Source: Utricularia gibba
Lineage: Eukaryota; Plantae; Magnoliophyta
Assembly: GCA_002189035.1 (NCBI GenBank)
Contig: CM007991.1
Coordinates: forward strand, 3,100,001 to 3,164,000
Direction of reading: 5' to 3'
Length of the DNA: 64,000 nucleotides
This document shows positions 24,295-36,240 of this stretch, one piece after another. How positions within the stretch are numbered: position 1 is the first letter of the stretch; the number at the start of each line of letters is the position of its first letter. The notes below the pieces were generated by a model that did not search any database, was not told the origin of the DNA, and worked only from the letters and a program-made list of their open reading frames with translations. The position numbers and the translations under genes are program-made.

Positions 24295-24825
24295 ATGGCT
24301 TCCCCTGCTCTGGTCACGCCTTCCTCGGCTGCTGCCGCCGCAAACTCGAAGCCAGCTCCGGTACGAAAGAAATACGCCTCGGCTACCGCAGTGGCCCTCA
24401 ATGCTGTAAACTCCGACTCCGCCGCCACATCCCTCCGCCGCAAATTCCTGCTTCTGTCGGGCGCTGCCGTGGCTGTGCTCGCGCCGATTGCTCCGGCATC
24501 GGGGGAGTCAGACGAGGAGTACGTCAAGGACACCTCGGAGGTGATCAACATGGTGAGAAGCACGATCGCTCTAGACAAAAACGATCCCGGTGTTGCGGAG
24601 GCGGTGTCGCACCTCCGTGAGGCATCGAATTCGTGGGTGGCCAAGTACCGGCGGGAGAAATCACTCCTAGGGCGCGCCTCCTTCCGCGACATGTACTCCG
24701 CACTCAACGCCGTGTCCGGTCATTACATCAGCTTTGGCCCCACCGCTCCCATCCCCGCCAAGCGAAAGCAGCGAATCCTGGAGGAGATGGATACGGCGGA
24801 GAAGGCTCTGCAACGAGGCAGATAG
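24295..24825 (+). CDS. PSB27: Photosystem II repair/assembly protein PSB27-H1, chloroplastic
   Basis: Transit peptide, twin-arginine lumenal signal (LRRKFLLL...APAS), then EEYVKDTSEVI...WVAKYRREKSLLGRASFRDMYSALNAVSGHYISFGPTAPIPAKRK. Intronless. Confidence 0.96.
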   Translation: MASPALVTPSSAAAAANSKPAPVRKKYASATAVALNAVNSDSAATSLRRKFLLLSGAAVAVLAPIAPASGESDEEYVKDTSEVINMVRSTIALDKNDPGVAEAVSHLREASNSWVAKYRREKSLLGRASFRDMYSALNAVSGHYISFGPTAPIPAKRKQRILEEMDTAEKALQRGR

Positions 24826-25221
24826 ACGCTTTCCGGTGTATTGCCGCTTGTGCTTCGGCCGCCATGAGCTTCATCATCATGAAGCTTGTATCAATGGCCA
24901 TAAGCCAATTTTCCTTAAAGAAAAAAGACTATGAGAACACAATAATTAAAGTATAATGTTTTGCACCCACATTTTCTTTGTTTTTCGAATTAGATTATTG
25001 TAATAGTTAGGTATATATTATTAGAATAAATAATCTCAATCATGAATTTATTAATTATATAAGATATTTTGAATCATTAGTAATAGATTTACCTAATTTT
25101 GTTGTGATGTATATTTATTGTTTATTTGCATTTCATCAATCTGACACATAAAGTATCCTTAATCTCAATATATGATATAGTTTTTATTCAATTTCCAAAA
25201 TTGATAGTGAGCCCAAAAGTG

Positions 25222-25632
25222 TCAGGGGACAGGGTATGCTTTGTTTCGGCACATACATTTATAAGCCATGGGACAAGTCTCAGCTTCTTCCAGGGAGGAA
25301 CAGGCGAGGCTCACCATGATCAGCCTGCACGGCCTGCATGATCCACAAGCATGGCTACAATCCGGCAGGCTCGACCCGGCGCCCCGTTTCGACTCCCCCG
25401 TCCATTCTCCTTCGCCCGCCGCCTCCTCCCCGAGTGCAGCTGAAACGCCACCAGTGATCAGACAACGCAGAAGCAGACAAGATGCAGCCAGGCAGTAGAT
25501 ATGAAGGCGGCACAAACCATTGCCAAGGGACCGCGTTGGCTGCTTCCCACTCTCAATCCTCTTCCTCGCGTTGACGGCGAGGATCAACAGAAAGGCGACC
25601 AGCAAGCACGCGGCAAAGCCACCTCCCTTCAT
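25222..25632 (-). CDS. EPF1: EPIDERMAL PATTERNING FACTOR 1-like secreted cysteine-rich peptide
   Basis: Signal peptide and mature domain AGSSLPDCSHACGSCRPCRLIMVSLACSSLEEAETCPMAYKCMCRNKAYPVP (8 Cys). Likely 78-bp phase-1 intron at 25517-25440. Confidence 0.93.
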   Translation of the reverse strand: MKGGGFAACLLVAFLLILAVNARKRIESGKQPTRSLGNGLCRLHIYCLAASCLLLRCLITGGVSAALGEEAAGEGEWTGESKRGAGSSLPDCSHACGSCRPCRLIMVSLACSSLEEAETCPMAYKCMCRNKAYPVP

Positions 25633-26060
25633 CGTCTCCAGTAAGAAAGCCGTAAGAAAGCCAGATGGGGGTGGGGGCGTTTTGTACGCGAAGGCTGATG
25701 GGGAGAGAATTGAATTCAGTCACAGGGCAAGAGTGAAGGTGTTGATTTTGGGCACCTCTGGGGTTTCGCGATCACGGCTTCTCCGGGCGTTGTGATTATG
25801 AGGGTCGACACGCAACTGCAGAGCGAGGCTTCCTTTTCGAGTGATTGCATTTAATGTGGCAACCGGAGAAGACGAAGGGGAACTTACTGAATCATGGGAT
25901 TCGTTCCCAGCATTCATTGCAGCGCAGGAATCTTCTTCACAGTCACAAGCAGCACCTCCAAAGATCACTCAAAACTTCCGTAGTTAATTTTATGTAAAAA
26001 AACAAAATAAGTCTAGAACTCCCTCCCAAAAATAACAAGGTTTCCAAAGTGGGAAGGCCA

Positions 26061-26796
26061 CTACGTGTCCGCTCCTAACCGGCTTCTCACGGACACGGTG
26101 TCCAGATGACTGTTGCCTACGATTTTCTCCCATTTTAAATTGTCTTTCTAATGCTAATTTTCAGACATTTGATGATTAATATTACGCAAATTAATTTTTT
26201 AATTAGGAAAGGGACCGAGGCGGTAGAATAAGTCGCCACGTCAGCGCTAAGTTGACGTCACGCACGCCGACATCCTAGAAGGAAAGACGTTATACGACTC
26301 CACTAGCGCTCACTACGTGTCACTTAAGCAGAACACATTAATAATAATGATGATGATGATGAATATTTAAATTTTCCGAATACGGGAATTATATATTGAT
26401 AGGGGGACGTGGTCAAACTTTGGATTTTGTGGAAGGTGCCGTCAGCATGCCAAATGGTCCAATGAAATGCTCACACGTGTATGTGGTGATAAGCATGATG
26501 CCCTTTATTGGATAGGGGGATGAGGTGGGGGTCTAGACGCTAGAGTCTAAACTCTAAACTCGAGCGAGGTAGGGGGCGTCTGGATAATAAAGCGTTTTGA
26601 TTCGGTACGGAATGAGGGCACTCGTTCATGACGTGTCGAATTCTCATTGGATGTGTTTTGTTTGGAAATTGGAATGACATACAAGGAGGGGAGGGCTTCA
26701 GTAATTTCAGTGTCGTCGGAGTTGAAGGAAGGAGAAGGATCCGCCGCGTGGAATGAGGGACCATCTCCAGGTTTCCCACGCGGATGCCGTATAAAA
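26061..26796 (+). promoter_or_regulatory. ABRE/G-box/DRE-rich promoter and TATA box of the ERF gene
   Basis: ACGTG cores at ~26063, 26236 (reverse strand, ACGTGGC), 26315, 26407, 26475 and 26631; TGACGTCA at 26253; GCCGAC at 26266; TATAAAA at ~26790. Confidence 0.65.
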
Positions 26797-26880
26797 ACTC
26801 TGTCCGGCTGCTCTTCATTTCCCCTGGAGAATTTGAGAAAGGACAGCCCTTTTGTCGAGAAGTTTCAGAGATAGGCCACC

Positions 26881-27879
26881 ATGGATTCCGGCAGGGAGAA
26901 AGGAAAATCCAAGAAAATTGGGATTCAAATGGAGGAAGATAAAAGGCTTGGAGTTCGGCGGACCGCTGTGTTTGATAACTGCCCTTACAGGAAGATCAAA
27001 AGCCCCGATCCCCGCCGCTCCACCTTCAACCCTTCTTCATCGGAGGCCAAAACGGCCTTCGTTTTCCCTTTCTCTATGGACACTCCAAGAGCGGTGTGGG
27101 ATTTCACTCTGCCGCCACAGCAGGAGCTTTACCAGATGGTATCTAGTCATGAGAGCTCCATTTCCCCACCGCCGCCGCATCAGCATCAGCTTGTGTTACA
27201 GCAGCAGCAACTGTTGCTCTGCTGGAGCAATGCCTTGAATCCTAGCCCAGGAGGCATGAGCAGCAACGCGATAAACTCCCTCCGCCCACCGATAGGGGCT
27301 ACGAAATTGTACCGTGGAGTGCGGCAACGGCACTGGGGCAAATGGGTCGCCGAGATACGTTTACCCAAGAACCGTACCCGCCTCTGGCTGGGCACATTCG
27401 ACACCGCAGAGGACGCCGCCATGGCTTACGACCGTGAAGCTTTTAAACTCAGGGGAGAAAATGCAACCCTCAATTTCCCTGAACTATTCCTCGGGAAAGG
27501 AAAGCATGAAGAGCAATCATCAGAAAATGCAGTTCCAGTTCCGGAAGCCATAGAACAACAAAATCCCCCAATCGAATATTCTCAGCCATCAGAATCCACA
27601 CCCGTTTCCATGGAGACGAATCCCCCTGCAAGCAACACAGATAAATATTGCTCCTTTGCGTGGGACGACATTTCGGAGGGATGGCTTGATACTTTTCCAG
27701 GGGATTGGGGTCCTGGAAGCTCTGTTTGGGATGATCTTGATCCGAATAACGATCTCTTACTCCCAACAAATCTCCTCCACTTCAGAAATCTTGACTTCGG
27801 ACCAGAGCAGATAACCAGCAAGACTTGTTCTTCTTCTTCATCATCCTCACCCATCTTTTCCAACGACTACACCGGCTGA
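26881..27879 (+). CDS. AP2/ERF transcription factor, DREB A-6 / group Ib (ERF053/ERF054-like)
   Basis: AP2 domain [61 protein letters not shown] and C-terminal SSVWDDLD. Intronless. Confidence 0.93.
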   Translation: MDSGREKGKSKKIGIQMEEDKRLGVRRTAVFDNCPYRKIKSPDPRRSTFNPSSSEAKTAFVFPFSMDTPRAVWDFTLPPQQELYQMVSSHESSISPPPPHQHQLVLQQQQLLLCWSNALNPSPGGMSSNAINSLRPPIGATKLYRGVRQRHWGKWVAEIRLPKNRTRLWLGTFDTAEDAAMAYDREAFKLRGENATLNFPELFLGKGKHEEQSSENAVPVPEAIEQQNPPIEYSQPSESTPVSMETNPPASNTDKYCSFAWDDISEGWLDTFPGDWGPGSSVWDDLDPNNDLLLPTNLLHFRNLDFGPEQITSKTCSSSSSSSPIFSNDYTG

Positions 27880-28244
27880 ATTATCATCGTTTTTTCGGTG
27901 TTCCTTCTTGTTGTTGTGGTTGTGATTATCATTAAGCCTTGTGCATGGATGCCGAGTTGAATTGTGCGTGGTGCTCAGGAGTCAGGGGATCCTTCTTTAA
28001 CCGTAGCTTTATGAAAGAAGTATCAGTCCTATGGTTTTCTTTTCTGGTCGACGTGGGAGGTCTCCATTGATCTCTCCGTATAGTTTTCCCATCACACTGG
28101 CAACACCAAAGATAAAATGCACGCCATATCTTGTCTCGACAGAATTCCAGGCCCCAGCGTCAGTCATTAGGAAGAAGAGAGAAATCCATACACCAAGCAG
28201 CAGTAGTTTCTGAAAAAGGGGACATTTTTCCCTCTTCCCTTGGC

Positions 28245-28892
28245 ATGGCTCTTCAAGCTGCTTACTGGGTACCCTCTGCAGCACTACTCTAACAACTTCC
28301 TCAGAGGTAGGAATAATTTCTGCGTCTAGGGTTACCTCTGCTTACATCCAGTTGTTGTTTGTGTGTATATCTCGTGCCTCTCTGGGTGTCTCCTGAGAAT
28401 ACTTGCTTCATTCTGGTGCCTTTTCTCCTCAGAAAAGCCTAGTATGGGCGCAATCAAGGATACATCCGTCCTGGGAGATGCATTCCTCACATCTCATAAT
28501 TCTGATTCGTCGGTTTGCTCCAAGGTACTTACTTTCCCAACCATTTCAATATTATGTTTCAAGCAGCGAGATCAGAGGAGGCTTCATTTTTGTGTTTTCG
28601 ATCGGTCTTCCTGAAAATACAGGCGCAAATAGCCACCGCAACTCCGACCATCTGCCAGCCTCCTTCGTACGAGAAGAAAACTCTGCGCGAAGGCACCGTA
28701 GTCATCACCGGCGCATCTTCGTGATGAGGCCTCGCCGAGATAGGGAAATGGCACATAGCCAAAGCCTGAAGAAACTTCCTCAAGGCCGAGAAAGCAGCCA
28801 GATCTGTAGGCATTGCGAAGGAGAACTACACTGCAGCCAGCGATGCTGAGAAAGCACAGAAACTCTGGGAGATTAGCGAGGAGCTTGTTGGA
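28245..28892 (+). pseudogene. POR: Protochlorophyllide oxidoreductase (POR) pseudogene with large internal deletion
   Basis: MALQAA start, transit-peptide exons, KKTLREGTVVITGASS followed by TGA TGA (28722-28727), GKWH, a further TGA at 28767, and NFLKAEKAARSVGIAKENYT fused directly to the C-terminal ASDAEKAQKLWEISEELVG. Confidence 0.92.
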
Positions 28893-29302
28893 CAATCAAT
28901 GAAGCAAAAGCATGGAGGATCACAATAGAATTGCTACCAGATATCCAGAATAAGAACATTTTCAAGCTGAGTGCCAGAGCTTCTTTTTCACCGGAAAAAG
29001 ATTCAGAGTACTTCACCTGGAGTTACACATGTTCAAATGTGACAATCATCCCAAGGGGGGTTTGGGGCAAGAATGCAATTTCAGTTTTCTTGAAAGGCAA
29101 AAGAAAACAAAATACCATCTAGGGTTGTACACTGAGGAGGTTTGGGAAACAAATTTGGTCCTGAGGTACAACACCTGAAAGCATGCATATATAGCACAGT
29201 AACGAACTCCGTAAAATTCCTCCTATGCAGAGCTTGAAATAGCTACCATCTCGGAATTTGCTGTCCTGATCCAATTACAGCGATTGCAGAAGCTTCTGCG
29301 GA

Positions 29303-30419
29303 ATGGATACCTTCGATGATAACGTCCCGCCTTTAGACGACGCGATCGGTAGTTATGTAGTGGCTCCACCGCCTAACGACGGCTTCTCCGTGAGTCCCGG
29401 AGGGGACGGTATTAACTCAATGCAGGCGGCGTCGATGCCCTTCGAATCTCCCAAAGATTACGCTCCATCGCCTTTCGACGGCGGCGATGAGGAATCGAAG
29501 GCGTACGACATGGCGGCCGATAGCGACGGCATCTTCAGGACTGGTAATGGAGGACCAGTGCTTCCGGATCCGAGTCAGATGCGTGAAGAAGGCACCGCTT
29601 TTCGCGAATGGCGACGGTAGGATTCGTCTAATTGATTCAATTTTATTCAATTCGAATGGATCACGTTGATCCTTCCTTCATGATCGTCATTTTCGACTCG
29701 AAATCTGTGAACACAGAAAGAACGCGGCATACCTGGAGGAGAAGGAGAGCAACGAAAAGGAGCTGAGGAACCAGATAATTGCAGAGGCCGAGGAATACAA
29801 GCGACAATTCTACGAGAAGAGGAAGCAGAATTGCGAAGCTCAGAAGGCTCGAAACAGAGAAAGAGAGAAGGTACAAAATCCACTAATGAAATCTCGATCC
29901 CTGTTTACTTTCCTAACAATCAATGGATCCCAGATTTCGCTCGCTCAACAAGATAAGTTCCACAAGGAAGCAAACCAGCATTACTGGAAAGCCATAGCCG
30001 AGATAATCCCAAGAGAAGTACCCAACATTGAGAAGAGAAGAAGCAGAAAAGAGGAAGAGAAGAAACAGAAGCCTTCTGTCATCGTCGTTCAGGGCCCCAA
30101 GCCCGGAAAACCAACGGATATGTCCAGAATGCGGCAAATGATTCTCAAGATGAAGACTAACCCCCCGCAGCACATGATGCCCCCGCAGCACATGATGCCC
30201 CCGCCACCGCCACCTGTGAAAGATGAGAAGGAAACTAAAGATGCTCAGAACAAAACCAAACCAGCCGAGGAGAACAAAGATGGCCCTGTTTCAAAGGAGA
30301 CCACCACCACAGCTGCTGATTCCACTTCAGGTCCTAAGACAGCAGAGAAAGCAGTGAAACCGCCCCCAGAAGGCGGTGCTGCGACGGAGAATATGTCAGA
30401 GTCATCCGCCCCCGCATAA
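29303..30419 (+). CDS. CLC: Clathrin light chain
   Basis: [22 protein letters not shown]|[10 protein letters not shown]...|...[19 protein letters not shown]...[22 protein letters not shown]. Exons 29303-29616, 29717-29870, 29934-30419. Confidence 0.95.
30163..30200. repeat. 18-bp tandem duplication in the CLC tail (PPQHMM x2)
   Basis: ccccgcagcacatgatgc repeated twice. Confidence 0.9.
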
Positions 30420-30822
30420 TGAGCAACACTCACAGGTTTTGTTTCGACCTTTTAGTCCATGACACCCGGAACCAATAAGGTAGAAGATAGTTGGGCAGTC
30501 ACAGGAGCAAATGGGGTCCTCCTCTTCAGCCAAACAGATCCTGTGACTCTGCACGTGCATCCCAAGGCCATTGATTGCCTTTGGCAACTTTATTGCACTT
30601 CATTCATTCATATCTACTACACAGTGGAGTAGCAGCACTCCCTTTTCAGGCGCCAGCAGACAGCCACGAGACTCCAACACCACATACAGCGAAAGAAATG
30701 AAGCTCTCTCTCCCTTTGGAGAGGGCAACCACAACAACAACACACACACACGCAAGCCAATGTAAGAAAATGGTCCCATAGAGCATCACCCACTTCCCCT
30801 CCTTTTCTCCCGTGTGACTGGC

Positions 30823-31802
30823 TCAAAAGAAGTTGAGGCGAGAGGTGTAGGTTGCCTTCGGAGTCCAGTTCCTGGGAATCACGTCTCGAGCCGACAGAGT
30901 TTTGTCAGTGAGCATCGTGGTGAGCCTCACCGAGAAGGGCCCTTGCAATGGCCCTCCGATCACGCACCAATTAGCACCCCAGACGTGACTCATCTCTAGC
31001 CACTGATTCGAGTTCGCCTGCGTCGCCGTCGCCGAAACCTTTATTTTTGGGGCTCGAAATCGGTTCTGAAAAAGGGAGTGATGGATCCGTACCTGTCGTA
31101 TTTGCATGGAACGGATATTGCCGTCGCCGTCCAAGAACTCCACCAGAAGCGAGAGCCAGAAGTTAGTTGATCCTTCGTTTATGTGGAAGGCAACGTCTTT
31201 TCCTGGATAGTTGCACAGAGTTCTGCACACGTTGACCGTAGGCAGTTAAATCTATTTATATATTGTAAAAAAATGAAGTAATTTAATTGATAATCTGATG
31301 GGATCCCTGTGAAAAGATTTCACAGTGACACAGGAAAAGAGACCGTTGGAGTCCGGTTGTTTTACCTCCTGTATGCGACCGGAATCGCTCCGCGGTTGCG
31401 CAGCTGGTCATGTTCCCCGGCGATGGCCATTCTTCCGAAGGCGGCGCCGCTGAGGTCGAAATGGGTGTTGCCTCCGGAGCAGTAGCCGCCGGGGCACTCA
31501 TCGGTGACGATGATCGTCACGGGTCTCCTCGAGCAAATGGAGGGGTCCAGACACTTGACTTTATAGCAGGCACCGCAGCCCAGCCCGTTCCTGAACAGAA
31601 CCGGGCTCACAGCTCCGTCGTGGGCTCTCAACGGCCTCACGTGCACCAGCGGCCCGTAGCCGCAAGCTCCGCCGTCGCTGCCGTCGCCTTCGGGGCTACC
31701 GTACCACGTGGCGGTCGCGGGATGCCAATGCAGCAAGTCCCCCGCCGCTGCGGCGCCTGCGAGAAGCAGCGGTAGAACTAGAAGGCAGCAGAAAGAGCCC
31801 AT
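30823..31802 (-). CDS. EXPB: Beta-expansin (EXPB3-like)
   Basis: Signal peptide, ATATWYGSPEGDGSDGGACGYG, GLGCGACYKVKC, HFDLSGAAFG and HVWGANWC...GPFSVRLTT. Two introns, both in the 3' half. Confidence 0.95.
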
Positions 31803-34051
31803 TTCGACGGCGGCGGCGGCGGCGGGGAGAAATGGAAGTCTGCCGACAAGCGCCTGTGTTCTTCCCCGTAGAAGCCTCTGCCGAGACAAGGAGGCAGACT
31901 GCAGAAGCCACTGGGGGGAGCGTACTTATTTGTTCCTTTTCGATTTATATCCCGAAACGTCCCCCTCCCCTCCCACCCTCGTAAAAAAAATTCAATCTTT
32001 TTTGTGAATATTTTTCATGAGAAAGCAAGCAGTAGCCAGTAGTCGGGGGAGGCGTTTCGTCAACACGTCGGTCCCCGTAAAAGAAAGTGAGTAAAAGGAG
32101 TTTCACCTGCCGGGTGGGGCCGGGACGACGACGGTTAAGGCGTTGAATCCGCACTACAAGAGGAGGCGGTGATGCCCTGAAAGCGGCGGGGCAGTCTCGT
32201 CATTCCACCATCCATTATTATTGGGGGCGGGGGCGGGCGCATGTGATGCCCGCGCCCCCTGCCCCATGTCACACTGTAGTCTGTACCGCCAAACTTTGTC
32301 AAACGGTCGCCGCCAGCTCCTCACACTCCGCATCCAACACGAAGTGGAATCCAATGACTCCCACCATCGGGACTTCATGTGATCATGACATGGGCTCCAT
32401 TCTATAAAGCAGACCATTCAATTTATCTTCTTGTGATTTATCCCGTAATATTGAATAATGATACACAACTAATTTATGTAGTTAATTTCGTAATTAAACA
32501 TCTGCCCCATAATTGTCTCTGTAATTTGTTTTTACCCCCACAACTTCATAAAAGGGGGCATCATTCTGTCTCATATTGACATTTCTCCCTCATTTTTCAT
32601 GAAAATTATACTTTCGCCCCATCTTTCACAAGCCAATCCATGGATAGGGAGAGAATAGAATTTATTTAGGATTTATTTGATGTACCTTCAACTTCAATAA
32701 AAGTATTTTTAGAAGTGATTTTTGGACAAAATACACATTGATTCTATTTCACATCGAGATGAAAGAGTGAAATGCTTCAATTTTCATAAAAGCATGGATA
32801 CTCTTGCTCCAAAAAAAGTGACTTGTTTTTAGAATCATTTATTAATACGTGTTTTGTAGAGTTGCACCAAACAAATTTTTATTTGATCCAATCATTACGA
32901 CTTTACGTTATTTAAATGTTAAAAAAATATCTCATATAAAATTAAATAAATTTCTTTAATTTCATTTATAATCGATGTGAGATTCAATTAGGTTTCTTAC
33001 TCTCTTCTTTGAATCAAGTCCTTCCACTCTTCTTGAAAATTCAACATTCTCATTAAGGTTTGCCTCATCAATGATTATAATTTACAGCCCCAGATTTAAC
33101 TTTGATAGTAAATATAATGATCCATGCCCAATTCCCATTTTATTGGGTGAAATTTTACTATAAAATCATTTTGAAAATTCGTATTTTTTTTTACAAATTA
33201 GAATTAAATCAATTTTAAAAATATCCATCATGTTAATTTGTAATTCATTTATGTAAATAATATTCTATTAATTTGATTTTAGGACAAGATTATGGGTATC
33301 TAATTATGGGGAGGGATCCAAGATGCCCAAAAAATCGGATCTTCTGATCCGGCAACTACAAACTACACAGGCTCCCACTGTAACCAAATGCAGCCGCAAC
33401 ACTCCTCACCGCAGATCACTCAGTTCAGGAAATCCAACGGTGAATGCAATTTCTATTTTGTGTTCCTCACTGTACGGAATCATTTCCCCAAATCCAATTT
33501 TATCCATCAATTTTAGAGAAGCCACCGAGTTTTCTTTCTTGTGTTCTCCAATTTCGCTTTTCGATTTTGTTCGCCGGAGACCTAGAAACTTGTTGCCGTG
33601 AATCATTAGGTTTCGGAGATTGGGGGTTTTGTTCGGTTTTGGTTTTCTGGGTTAATCCTCCCCCTTTCTAGGAAATGGAACTCGTTGCTGTGGAAGAGTC
33701 TACAGTTTATATGCGTTTTCGTTGCAGTATCGGTGGAGGAATGGTTGCCGGAAATCGAATAGATAAACGTTCTGTTGATGCCTTTGTAATACCTCTGGTG
33801 CCGCGAAGTTGTAAATTTAGGGGTTTCTGAACTTCCGTTTAGGGTCACAGTTTTTTTTCTTTGTTTTTGTGTTCTCGCGATTGTTAGCTGACGGGACATT
33901 GAAAAATCTGTCTGTGTAATCAGCTAGCTGATTGTCTGGGTCTTCTTGGTTGTGAAATCTGGTGCAGGTGATAGTTTGTTTTTAATTCTGGGAATCTGTT
34001 GCGCAAGTGAAGTTCAGAGGATTTCAGGTAAGATTCTTTCACTGGTTTAGA

Positions 34052-35944
34052 ATGGTGGGTAAGAACGATGTTGGTTTTCCGAAAAAATGTGCTGGTAATT
34101 TGAAAGAGCAGTTGATTAGAACCACGCTACGGAATGTCAGATCAAGAGGGCACCCTTATGTAGAGCTTAGGGAAGACGGGAAGAAGTTGATATTTTTCTG
34201 TACTCTGTGTCTTGCACCTTGTTACAGTGATTCTGTCTTATTTGATCACTTGAGGGGTAACCTTCATACTGGAAGGCTAGCGACTGCTCGGGCTACATTG
34301 ATGAAATCAAACCCTTGGCCATTTAGTGATGGGGTATTCTTTTTCCATGATGACTCCAATGAGCATAACAAACTACTGCTGTTGGATACTGAGCGAGTAG
34401 GTGCAGATGGCGAGGATTCAGATGCTCTTCCGATCGTCCAATATGACAATCAGCTGGTACGAAATTGTAGTGTTCATGTTTCTCCGAATGCTGGGAGTCA
34501 CATTCTTGAGGACGACGTTCTCTTAGAATCAAATGAATATGATAGAGGCACCTGCGAAGAACTTGTTATCCCAGAGTTGCTACTGAAGGAAGATGTCACA
34601 AACTTGGTGGTTCGGCATATTGGAATTGGGAGAATTGGAGCGAGACTAGTTGAAAGGGACGGTGCCTTTAGTCAAATTCATAGAATATGGTGTGAGTGGC
34701 TGGGCAACAAGCCCATAAGCAGTGATGACAATATCGGGTTAATAACAAAGCATGATTTTGCTCTCGTTATTTTCCCCTACAACTATAACTTGGGTAGGGT
34801 GGGAGTATATGAAGATTTCAGATATCTGCTTCCTTCTAGTCCTTACTCACAGGCTGAGAATAGTTCGAACTCTAGAGGCAAGAAAAGGAAATCGTTCTCA
34901 GACCCAGAGGGTGTTAATCAAGAGGGCTCTTCGGGAGAAGATTCTTGCTCTTCAAACAGTTCAAGCTCAAAAACTCTATTGGCTGTAAATGATGATCAGC
35001 AGGTCCTTTCTAGAGTTGTTCTCAGCAAAGCCATGAGAAAACAATGGAGAAATCATCAGCGGCTTCTCTCTGAGAGATTATGTGATATCTGCCAGCAGCG
35101 CATGCTCCAAAATAAAGATGTGGCTGCTCTTCTGAACACGAAAACTGGAAGACTTATTTGCAGCAGTAGAAATTCAACTGGGGTTTGTTGCTTTCTTTAT
35201 TTCCCTTTAAATTATGTTGTTTCTTACATTATCTCTTCCGACTGTCCTTATAACACAAGTCGCTGCATTTGCAGGCTTTCCATTTGTTTCATGTGTCATG
35301 TCTCATCCGTTGGATACTGCTATGTGAAGTAGAGCTATATAATAAGCACCCTGCGGAGCATAAAACTAGAAAGAGGCCTCGGAAAAAGGCTAAAGCAAAA
35401 GGTGCAGAACAAGGAAAGAAGTGCCAAATGCAAGACAATCATATACTTTCACCATTTTGTCCTGAATGCCAAGGCACTGGTTTGACTGTTGATGGAGAGG
35501 AGCTTGAGAAGCCAACTATTCCTCTCTCTGAGGTATGCAGTTACTTTTGATGGCTCTTCTTTCTTTATTTGTGTCCACAAATAATTCTGCTCACATTCAT
35601 AAAATATGATGTCCAACTTAATGTATTTTCGGATGGTTTTTTGGTTTCTGAGTTCAGATCTTCAAGTATAAGATCAAATTATGTGATGGTAACAAAGCAT
35701 GGATGAAAAAACCTGAAGATCTCCAGAACTGCTCTATTGGCTTTAGTTTCCCTCTTCCCGCTGAAGAAAATATGGAATTGCAGGTTTTTGAACACGTTTT
35801 TTTGGGTTAACAAACTGCAATCTGAAAGGATGTCTTTTTCATTACTAAGATGATAAATTCAACCCCCCCTCCCCTCTCCCTGTTATTTACCAGGAAATCA
35901 TTGCACATCTGAAGCTTCTACACTTCTATCGCGCTGTACTGTAG
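34052..35944 (+). CDS. Uncharacterised plant protein with N-terminal C2H2/U1-type zinc finger and C-terminal RING-like Cys/His cluster
   Basis: FFCTLCLAPCYSDSVLFDHLRGNLH near the N-terminus, a KKRKSFSDPE NLS-like motif, and LCDICQQRML...ICSSRNSTG|AFHLFHVSCLIRW...FCPECQG. Four coding exons; stop at 35942-35944. Confidence 0.85.
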
Positions 35945-36240
35945 GCATCTCGAGGAAGCCGCCGTTGTCACTGATGAACATCACTGCATCGAGTTCTCTA
36001 ACTGCTCCGTTTCACTAGCTGAAGTTGCTGTCCAACGCATATGTGTAGATATGGATTCTGTATTTTCCTTGCTTTGCTTTCGATCCCATGTAAATTTTAC
36101 TTTCACATCCAATGCCATGTGAAGCCGACAGTCTTCAAAAAGTTCTAAGGAATTTGGATTCTATGCTCTCATCTCGTCAATTACTGGTACTTTTGCATCA
36201 CTTGGAGTTATGCGTTTTTAAAAGTGAAGAAACAAAAATA

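Noticed and set aside
28930-29150. Coding-like minus-strand fragment (FKKTEIAFLPQTPLG...) next to the POR relic
   Set aside because: Contains stops and I could not assign it to a family; it may be another relic, but needs tblastx.
32154-32417. 87-aa Trp-rich ORF upstream of EXPB
   Set aside because: No recognisable motif or splice context; more likely GC-rich promoter sequence.
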